NCBI GenBank assembly: GCA_965219455.1
Contig: OZ244744.1
Location: 1,408,001 to 1,472,000 of the forward strand
DNA: 64,000 bases
From: Candidatus Latescibacterota bacterium
GTDB lineage: Bacteria > Latescibacterota > UBA2968 > GCA-2709665
Direction of reading: 5' to 3'
Shown piece by piece: positions 31,827 to 41,700 of the stretch. Within the stretch, counting starts at the first letter, position 1; each line of letters starts with the position of its first letter. The notes below the pieces were generated by a model that saw only the letters and a list, made by a program, of their open reading frames with translations, searched no databases and was not told the origin of the DNA. A program made the translations under genes and the position numbers.

Positions 31827-34800
31827 TTTAGCGCGGCGGAGAACCAGACGGCGGCCGGCACGGTGCTGGCGACGGACAGCGATGGGGATGACGACGTCAC
31901 GGGCTACGCGATCACCGGCGGCGCGGACCAGGCGTTCTTCTCCATCGTGCCGGCGTCCGGGGCGCTGACGTTCAAGACGGCGCCGAACTTCGAGGACGCC
32001 AAAGACCAGGGGACCAACAACACCTACGTGGTGACGGTTCAGGCGACGAGCGGCATGGGGGAGCGGGTCAAGACGGCGACGCAGACGATCACGGTGACGG
32101 TGACGGACGTGAACACCGAGGCGCCGGGCAAGCCGGGCGCGCCGATGGTGGCGCCGGCGTCGGTGTCGAGACTGACGGTGAACTGGTCGGTGCCGGCCAA
32201 CGCGGGTCCGGCCATCACCGACTACGACGTGCAGTACCGGGAGGGCACGGGCGGCAGCTGGACGGACGGCAACCACACCGGCGCCGCCACCACGGCGACG
32301 ATCGGGAGCCTGTCGGAGAACACGTCCTACGACGTGCAGGTGCGGGCGACCAACGCCGAGGGCACCGGCGCGTGGTCGGACGCGGGCACCGGCACGACGG
32401 ACGCCAACGCGGCCCCGTCGTTCAGCTCCGCGGCGACGTTCAGCGCGGCGGAGAACCAGACCACGGTGGGCACGGTGGTGGCGGCGGACTCCGATGCGGA
32501 TGACAGCATCACCGGCTACGCGCTCAGTGGCGGGGCGGACCGGGATTTCTTCTCGATCGTGGCGGCGTCGGGGGCACTTACGTTCCAGTCGGCGCCGAAC
32601 TTCGAGGACGCCAAGGACCTTGTGAGTGTCGATCCGGCCAATGCCGCCGGCAACAACCAGTACGTGGTGGAGGTTACGGCAACCAGCGGCATGGGGGAGC
32701 GGGAGAAGACGGCGACGCAGACGATCATGGTGAGAGTGACCGACTTGGACACCGAGGCCCCGGGCAAGCCGGGCGCGCCGACGGTGTCGGCGGCGTCGGT
32801 GTCGAGCCTGACGGTGACGTGGACGGCGCCGTCCAACGCCGGCCCGGCAATCACCGACTACGACTATCGCTACCGGACGACCTCGCCGCAGGGCACGTGG
32901 ACGGAGGTGACCGGCACGGCGATCACGGGGCTGTCGGCGACGATCGGGAGCCTGTCGGAGAACACGTCCTACGACGTGCAGGTGCGGGCGACCAACGCCG
33001 AGGGCACCGGCGACTGGTCGGACTCGGGCAGCGGCGCGACGGACGCCAACGCGGCGCCGGCGTTCAGCTCTTCGGCGACGTTCGACGCGGCGGAGAACCA
33101 GACGGCGGCGGGCACGGTGGTGGCGACGGACGGCGATGCGGGCGACGACATCACGGGCTACGCGATCACCGGCGGGACGGATGAGGCGCTGTTCGAGATC
33201 GGGATGACGGACGGCGCCCTGACGTTCAAGACGGCGCCGAACTTCGAGGACGCCAAAGACCAGGGCACGAACAACACCTACGTGGTCGAGGTGACGGCGA
33301 CCAGCGGCATGGGCGAGCGGGAGAAGACGGCGACGCAGACGATCACGGTGACGGTGACGGACGTGGCCGGCGAAGCGCCGGGCAAGCCGAATGCACCGGA
33401 CGTGGCGGCCGCCTCGGTGACGAGCCTGACGGTGAACTGGTCGGCGCCGTCCAACGCGGGTCCGGCGATCACCGACTACGACTACCGGCACCGGACGACC
33501 TCGCCGCAGGGCACATGGACGGAGGTGACCGGCACGGCGATCACGGGGCTGTCGGCGACGATCGGGAGCCTGGCGGAGAACACGTCCTACGACGTGCAGG
33601 TGCGGGCGACCAACGACGAGGGGACGGGCTCGTGGTCGGACTCGGGCAGCGGCGCGACGGACGCCAACGCGGCACCGACGTTCAGCTCGTCGGCGACGTT
33701 CGACGCGGCGGAGAACCAGACGGCGGCCGGCACAGTGCTGGCGACCGACAGCGATTCGGATGATGACATCACGGCCTACGCGATCACCGGCGGGGCGGAC
33801 CAGGCGTTCTTCTCGATCGGGGCGACGGACGGCGCGCTGACCTTCAAGACGGCGCCGAACTTCGAGGACGCCAAGGACGCGGACACCGATAACGAGTACG
33901 AAGTGACGGTACAGGCGACGAGCGGCACGGGCACGCGGGTAAAGACGGCGACCCAGACGATCACGGTGACGGTCACGGACGTGAGCGGCGAAGCGCCGGG
34001 CAAGCCGGCCGCGCCGACGGTGGTGCCGGCGTCGGTGACGAGCCTGACGGTGAACTGGTCGGCGCCGGCCAACGCGGGCCCGGCGATTACGGACTACGAC
34101 GTGCAATACCGGGCGGGCACGAGCGGCAGCTGGACGGACGGCAACCACACCGGCGCCGCCCTCACGGCGACGCTGTCGAGTCTGTCGGAGAACACGTCCT
34201 ATCAGGTACAGGTGCGGGCGACCAACGACGAGGGCACCGGCGACTGGTCGGACTCGGGAACCGGCGCGACGGACGCCAACGCGGCGCCGTCGTTCAGCTC
34301 GTCGGCGACGTTCGACGCGGCGGAGAACCAGACGGCGGCCGGCACGGTGCTGGCGACGGACGGCGACACGGACGACGACGTCACCGGCTACGCGATCACC
34401 GGCGGGGCGGACCAGGCGTTCTTCTCGATCGGGGCGACGTCGGGCGTGCTGACGTTCCAGTCGGCGCCGAACTTCGAGGACGCCAAGGACGCGGACACCG
34501 ACAACGAGTACGAAGTGACGGTACAGGCGACGAGCGGCACGGACACGCGGGTAAAGACGGCGACCCAGGCGATCACGGTGACGGTCACGGACGTGAGCGG
34601 CGAGAAGCCGGCCGCGCCGGCCGCGCCAACGGTGGCGGCCGCCTCGGTGACGAGCCTGACGGTGAACTGGTCGGCACCGGCCAACGCCGGTCCGGCCATC
34701 ACCGACTACGACGTGCAGTACCGGGCGGGCACGAGCGGGAGCTGGAGCGACGGGGGCCACAGCGGCACGGCCACCACGGCGACGCTGACGGGCCTCTCGG

Positions 34801-35850
34801 AGAACACGTCCTACCAGGTGCAGGTGCGGGCCACGAACGACGAGGGAACCGGCGACTGGTCGGACGCGGGCTCTGGCGCGACGGACGCCAACGTGGCGCC
34901 CGTGTTCAGTTCACCGGCGACGTTCAGCGCGGCGGAGAACCAGACGGCGGCGGGCACGGTGGTGGCGACGGACAGCGATTCGGATGATGACATCACGGCC
35001 TACGCGATCACCGGCGGGGCGGACCGGGCGTTCTTCTCGATCGTGCCGACGACGGGCGCGCTGAACTTCAAGACGGCGCCGAACTTCGAGGACGCCAAAG
35101 ACCAGGGCGCCAACAACACGTACGTGGTGACGGTGCAGGCGACGAGCGGCACGGGGGAGCGGGTCAAGACCGCCACGCAGACGATCACGGTCACGGTGAC
35201 CGACGTGAACACGGAGGCGCCGGGCAAGCCGGCCGCACCGACGGTGTCGGCGGCGTCGGCGACCAGCCTGACGGTGAACTGGTCGGCACCGGCCAACGCC
35301 GGTCCGGCCATCACCGACTACGACGTGCAGTACCGGGAGGGCGCGAGCGGCAGCTGGAGCGACGGGGGCCACAGTGGCACGGCCACCACGGCGACGCTGA
35401 CGGGCCTCTCGGAGAACACGTCCTACCAGGTGCAGGTGCGGGCGACGAACGCCGAGGGAACCGGCGACTGGTCGGACTCGGGCTCTGGCGCGACGGACAT
35501 CAACCAGCCCAGCGAGATCAAGGCCTACTGGACCGATTCCGACACTAAAGGCAGCAACGGTCAGGAGGAATGCGACAGCACCGAGCCTTTCCGCGCCTTC
35601 TGGAATCCGCCGAAAAGCAACGGCAGCTTCAAGGTAGCCGACGAGTGGGAGGCTGAGATTACGCCCAAGAACGGCGCCCGCAACGTGAGCTTCACCATAC
35701 AGAACACCGGCAGGAACCGTAAGGAACCCGAGCTGACCGGGACCGTCGAGATCGACGGCCGCAGTACGCTGAGCATACGGGTCCGCGGGCGTTTCGGCGA
35801 CGACGGATGGGGCGCGTGGTCGCCGATAACAGAGTTGTTTTGCAGGAACT

Positions 35851-36290
35851 CGGCGTCCAAGAAGCCGCCGGGCCTGGCGCCCAACGCGCCCAACCCCTTC
35901 AACGCCACCACTCTCATCCCATATCGCCTGGACACGGACGGACCGGTGCGCCTGGTCATTTACAACCTCCTCGGGCAGTCCATTCGCACCCTGGTGGACG
36001 AGGTGCAGGCCGCCGGCGCCTACCGGGTGTCCTGGGACGCCCGCGACGCAGCGGGGCGGCGCGTGTCCACGGGAATTTATTTCACGCGCCTGTACTATCC
36101 GGGCGGCGTGCAGACCCGGCGCATGCTCTACCTCGAGTAGGCCCGGCATGGAGATCGCCGCCGACCGCATCCTCTCGGCCGGAATCGAGCCGGCGGCGGT
36201 CCTCAACCGGCCTTAATGAAAGGAAAAGGAGACGTTTCCCATGCATTTGAAATCGACCAGCCACCGACCTGACGGGCAACCGACATCGGC
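35851..36290 (+). repeat. Junction repeat J3
   Basis: Same block as J1 and J2. Confidence 0.9.
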
Positions 36291-38571
36291 ACGTGATGAA
36301 GGAGCCATGATGACTCGCACCGATAGACGACGATTCCCCATCCTGTTCGCCGCCATAGCGGCGCTGGCCCTGGCGATGGCCCTGCTGTTCTCTCCGGTCC
36401 AGGCCCAGGAGGGCTCGGCGCCCGACCAGCCCACGGGCCTCTCCGCCACGGCGACCCACGACCAGGTGGTCCTCACCTGGGACGACCCGGGCGACGCCAG
36501 CATCACCGGCTACGTCATCCTGCGGCGCGTGAACAATACCGGGGGCGAGTTCAGTGAGCTCGTGGCGGACACGGGGACGGCGGCGACCACCTACACCGAC
36601 GCTACCGTAAAGGCCAATACTACCTACACCTACCGCATCAAGGCGACCAACGAGCACGGGGTGAGCGAGCGTTCCCGCTGGTTCCACATCAACGTCCCGG
36701 CAGCCCCTGAGCCGGAGGAGGAGCAGGCCCCCGAACCGCCCGACCAGCCCACGGGCCTGGACGCCACGGCGACCCACGACCAGGTGGTCCTGACCTGGGA
36801 CGACCCTGACGACGACACCATCACCGGCTACGTCATCCTGCGGCGCGTCCGCGTGAACGATACCGGGGGCGAGTTCAGTGTGCTGGTGGCGGACACGGGG
36901 ACGGCGGCGACCACCTACACCGACGCTACCGTAAAGGCCAATACTACCTACACCTACCGCATCAAGGCCATCAACAAACACGGGGTGAGCGAGCGCTCCC
37001 GCTGGTTCCACATCGACACGCCGGCCGCGCCGGAGGCCGGCGAAGGCGACGACCAGGACGAGCAGGACGGCGGCGCGCCCGGCCATGCCACGCCGCCCGG
37101 TCCCGGCGGGCGGGCGAACGTCTCGGAGCCCGACGGCGAAGACCTGCCCGAAGGCATCACCACCACCGGTAGAGTTGAGGTCGGCGGTTCGGTCACGGGC
37201 GAAATCGCCCCAGCTCTCGACGTCGACTGGTTCGCGGTCGAGCTGAAGAAGGGCAAGCGATACCAGTTCGACGTGGAGGGGGCGGACACCGGCCGAGGCA
37301 ACTTGGCGGATCCGCATCTTTGGGGGTTGCAGGATGCGGAAGGACAGGCGATATCCGGTGCGAGGAGTAACGACGGCGGTGTGGGGAAGAACGGCCGGGT
37401 CATCAACACGCCCGACGCGGAAGGCACCTACTACATAGCTGTGTCCGGCGCAGCCAACACGACGGGCACCTACACGCTGTCGGTGATCGTGCTGGGCGCG
37501 AACGGCGTCTCGGAGGCCGACACGGACTTTCCCAGAACCACCGCCACCACAGGCCGGGTCGAGGTCGGGGCCTCGGCCACGGGCAACATCGACCCTGGCG
37601 ACGATTTGGACGGGTTCCGTGTCAATCTGGAGGCGGGCAAGCGATACCGGTTCGACCTGGAGGGCGCGGACACCGGCCGCGGCTCCCAGGCGGACCCGAT
37701 CCTGGCGCTCTACGGCGACTCCTTCAACGTCTCCCACTACATTGATGAGGACGACGACGGCGGCGAGGGACTTAACAGCCGACTGACCTACACGGCGACC
37801 GCGACCGGCGCCTACCACCTGGAAGTAGCGGGCTTGGACCCAGGCACCTACACGCTGTCGGTGCGTAGAATTTTGGTGGCAGTTGCCGTTCCGCCCGGCG
37901 GTCTGGGTCCCTCGGAGGTCCCGGGCGCGGTCCGCAATGTGCAGGTGTCCGGTACAGAACGAACGAGAGTCGTGTATTGGGACGCGCCGGACGAGACCCA
38001 AACCGGCGCGCAATGGATCACGGAGTTCCGCATCTACGCCTCAACCGGTGCGGGTTGCGATGGTTGGAAGGCGGCCGAATACGAGGTGGAGCACCCCGGA
38101 TTCACCACACCCCCAGAGCACCCCGACGGCACCCCGACGGGTTTCAGATACTTCAAGATCGTCGAGGTGGCAAGCGATGTAGCTGGTTCAGACGGTTTCT
38201 CAGTTCAATTCGGCGTGAGCGCGGTCAACGATCTCGGTGAAGGGCCATGCGTGGGTGAGCCCGCCCCGGCGTCCAAGCCGGCGCTCGCGGACGGGCCGCC
38301 GGGCCTGGCGCCCAACGCGCCCAACCCCTTCAACGCCACCACTCTCATCCCATATCGCCTGGACACGGACGGACCGGTGCGCCTGGAGATCTACAACCTC
38401 CTCGGGCAGTCCATTCGCACCCTGGTGGACGAGGTGCAGACCGCCGGCTCCTACCGGGTGTCCTGGGACGCCCGCGACGCAACGGGGCGGCGCGTGTCCA
38501 CGGGAATTTATTTCACGCGCCTGCACTATCCGGGCGGCGTGCAGACCCGGCGCATGCTTTACCTCGAGTAG
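36241..38571 (+). CDS. Array gene D: 2 FN3 + 2 PPC-like domains + FN3-like domain + sorting domain (alternative start 36307)
   Basis: Signal peptide ..LLFSPVQA-Q, GAAGGAG RBS before 36307, DVDWFAVEL..GTYYIAV PPC-like repeats, C-terminal PNPFNATT..RRMLYLE. Confidence 0.88.
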   Translation: MHLKSTSHRPDGQPTSARDEGAMMTRTDRRRFPILFAAIAALALAMALLFSPVQAQEGSAPDQPTGLSATATHDQVVLTWDDPGDASITGYVILRRVNNTGGEFSELVADTGTAATTYTDATVKANTTYTYRIKATNEHGVSERSRWFHINVPAAPEPEEEQAPEPPDQPTGLDATATHDQVVLTWDDPDDDTITGYVILRRVRVNDTGGEFSVLVADTGTAATTYTDATVKANTTYTYRIKAINKHGVSERSRWFHIDTPAAPEAGEGDDQDEQDGGAPGHATPPGPGGRANVSEPDGEDLPEGITTTGRVEVGGSVTGEIAPALDVDWFAVELKKGKRYQFDVEGADTGRGNLADPHLWGLQDAEGQAISGARSNDGGVGKNGRVINTPDAEGTYYIAVSGAANTTGTYTLSVIVLGANGVSEADTDFPRTTATTGRVEVGASATGNIDPGDDLDGFRVNLEAGKRYRFDLEGADTGRGSQADPILALYGDSFNVSHYIDEDDDGGEGLNSRLTYTATATGAYHLEVAGLDPGTYTLSVRRILVAVAVPPGGLGPSEVPGAVRNVQVSGTERTRVVYWDAPDETQTGAQWITEFRIYASTGAGCDGWKAAEYEVEHPGFTTPPEHPDGTPTGFRYFKIVEVASDVAGSDGFSVQFGVSAVNDLGEGPCVGEPAPASKPALADGPPGLAPNAPNPFNATTLIPYRLDTDGPVRLEIYNLLGQSIRTLVDEVQTAGSYRVSWDARDATGRRVSTGIYFTRLHYPGGVQTRRMLYLE

Positions 38572-38715
38572 GCCCGGCATGGAGATCGCCGCCGACCGCA
38601 TCCTCTCGGCCGGAATCGAGCCGGCGGCGGTCCTCAACCGGCCTTCATGAAAGTAATGGAGAAGTTGCCATGCATTTGAAATCGACCGACCACCGGCCGG
38701 AACGGGCAATCGCCA
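38266..38715 (+). repeat. Junction repeat J4
   Basis: Same block; sorting-domain allele nearly identical to J3. Confidence 0.9.
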
Positions 38716-38736
38716 TCGGCACGTGATGAAGGAGCC

Positions 38737-41700
38737 ATGATGATTCGCACCGGCAGACGACGATTCTCCATCCTGTTCGCGGCCATCGCGGCCCTGGCCC
38801 TGCTCTTCCCGGTCCAGGCCCAGGAGGGCTCGGCGCCGGCCAAGCCCAGGGGGCTCTCCGCCACGGCGTCCCATGACCAGGTGGTCCTCACCTGGGACGA
38901 CCCAGGTGACGACAGCATCACCGGCTACGTGATCCTGCGCCGCAACCGCCAGACCGACCGAAAGGGCGAGTTCAGAGAATTAGTGCCGGACACGGGCACC
39001 GCCGCGACCAGCTACACCGACGACAGGGTGGCGGCTGGCACTCCCTATACCTACCGCATCAAGGCCATCAACAAACACGGGGTGAGCGAGCGCTCCCGCT
39101 GGTTCCACGTCGACACGCCGGCGGCCCCCGAGCGGCCCGACAAGCCCAGGGGCCTGGACGCCACGGCGACCCACGACCAGGTGGTCCTCACCTGGGACGA
39201 CCCGGGCGACGACAGCATCACCGGCTACGTCATCCTGCGGCGCGTGCGCGTGAACAATACCGGGGGCGAGTTCAGTGAACTGGTGGAGGACACGGGGACA
39301 GCGGCGACCACCTACACCGACGCTACCGTAAAGGCCAATACTACCTACACCTACCGCATCAAGGCCATCAACAAACACGGGGTGAGCGAGCGCTCCCGCT
39401 GGTTCCACATCGACACGCCGGCCGCGCCGGAGGCCGTCGAAGGCGACGCCCCCGACGAGCAGGACGGCGGCGCGCCCGGCCATGCCACGCCGCCCGGTCC
39501 CGGCGGGCGGGCGAACGTCTCGGAGGGCAACACCGACCTGCCCGAAGGCACCACCACCACCGGCGAGGTGGACGTCGGTGGCTCGGTCACGGGGAACGTC
39601 GATAGGGACGCCGACGTCGACTGGTTCCGCGTCGAGTTGGAGGCGGACACGAGATACCAGTTCGACGTGGAGGGGGCGGATACCGGCCGCGGCAACTTGG
39701 CGGATCCGTTTCTTTGGGGGTTGTATGATGCGGGAGGACAGGCGATATCCGGTGCGAGGAGCAACGATGGCGGTGTGGGCAAAAACGGCCGTGTTATCTA
39801 CACGCCCACGGCGGACGGCACCTACTACATAGCTGTGTCCGGCACAGCCACCACGACCGGCACCTACACGCTGTCGGTGATCGTGCTGGGCGCGAACGGC
39901 GTCTCGGAGGCCGACACGGACTTTCCCGCCACCACCGCCACCACCGGCCGGGTCGACGTCGGGGCCTCGGTCACGGGCACCATCAGCAACGCAGACTACG
40001 ACTATTTCCGCGTCGATCTGGAGGCGGGCAAGACCTACCAGTTCGACCTGGAAGGGGCGGATTCCGGCCGCGGCACCTTGGTAGACCCGTTCCTGTCGCT
40101 CTATGACGGGTCCGCAACCTTCCTTCTCGCAGACGACGACAGCGGCACGAACCTCAACAGCCAGATGGTCTACAATGCGGCCTCGGCCGGCGCCCACTAC
40201 CTCAGGGCCACCACTGGTGCTGCCAACCTCACGGGCACCTACACGCTGTCGGTGGGCGGCGAGACGCCGATGCTCTCGACGGACGCGACGCTGAGCGGGC
40301 TGTCGCTGGGCACGGGGGTGACGCTGAGCCCGGCCTTCGCCTCGGGCACGGTCACCTACACGGCGTCGGTCGCCAACAGCGTCGACGAGGTGACGGTGAC
40401 GCCGACGACGAACCACGCCAGCGCGACGGTCGAGATTCTAGACACGGACGACATGGAGGACGACTTCCAGGTGGCGCTGTCGGTGGGCGACACCGTCATC
40501 AAGGTGAAGGTGACGGCCGAGGACGGCACCTCGACGCAGACCTACACGGTGACCGTGACGCGCGACGACTTTCCCAACGACAACAACACCACCGGCGAGG
40601 TCGAGGTGGGCGGCACAGTAACGGGCAACATCGGGACGGTCGGCGACTACGACCGGTTCAAAGTGGAACTGGAGGCGGGTACGCGATACCAGTTGGATCT
40701 GGAGGGCGCGGACACCGACCGGGGCACCCTGGCGGACCCGCACCTGGGCCTCTACGACGCGATCGGGAGCCACCTTCAGGGTGACAACGGCCAAAGGGGC
40801 GACGACAACAGCGGCGTGGGCGTCAACGCCCGGATGATCTACACCCCGGCCGCGTCCGGCGACTTCTACCCAGTGGTGACCGAAATCAATGACAATCGTA
40901 CCGGCACCTACACGCTGTCGGTGATCGTGCTGGGCGCGAACGGCGCCTCGGAGGCCGACACGGACTTTCCCGCCGACAACACGACCTCCGGCCGGGTCGA
41001 GGTCGGCGCATCGGCCACGGGCAACATCGGCATCGCCAATGACTATGACTGGTTCCGCGTCGATCTGGAGGCGGGCAAGACCTACCAGATCGACCTGAAG
41101 GGCATTGGTGGCGGCGGCGGCACCTTGGAAAACCCTTATCTGCTCAATATCCGCGACTCATCCGGCACCGAGATTGACGGCACCGAGAATGACGATGTCG
41201 ACCCCTCTAACGACATCTACGACAGCCAGACCGTCTACACGCCGACCGCGGCCGGCACCTACTACCTGGTAGCGGTTAGCGGGGTCACCGGGGGAACGGG
41301 CACCTACACGCTGTCGGTGCGTGACATCACGACGCCGCCATGCACGCTGAACACGGGCGACATCTGGTGCGGCGCGGTGACGGTGGCAGAGATCAAGACT
41401 GCCGACGACGCGCTTGTCGGACACGGTTTTGTTGATGGAGGTGGCCTCAGCGCGGGCAGCCTTGCCGGCTACCCTGACGAAACGGTGTTCTCGGTCGGGG
41501 ACAACGACTACACGATCCAAGGCGCTTACATCCAAGTCCCAACTGCGGAACACCTCACGGGCACCCTGTCCGTCGTGCTCACCGCCGATCTCACCGACGA
41601 TGACAAGGCGGGCCTGCTGCTCCCGGTCGACGGCACCACCACCCCATTCGAGTTCAGCGATGCCGCCAAAGGGGGCACCACCGGCCTCTACTCTTGGGGT

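Larger units (their letters stand above)
23644..36140 (+). pseudogene. Array gene C: FN3 + 11 LRR + 13x(cadherin-like/FN3) + sorting domain (~3534 aa reconstructed), interrupted by IS1380-family element
   Basis: Removing 29940-31831 rejoins ..ATF|SAAENQ in frame (10605 nt). Signal peptide and N-terminus are paralogous to gene B. Confidence 0.9.

Noticed and set aside
17690-34760. Very long Arg-rich antisense ORFs (e.g. 17690-22660, 31758-34760)
   Set aside because: Shadow frames of GC-rich repetitive genes on the + strand.
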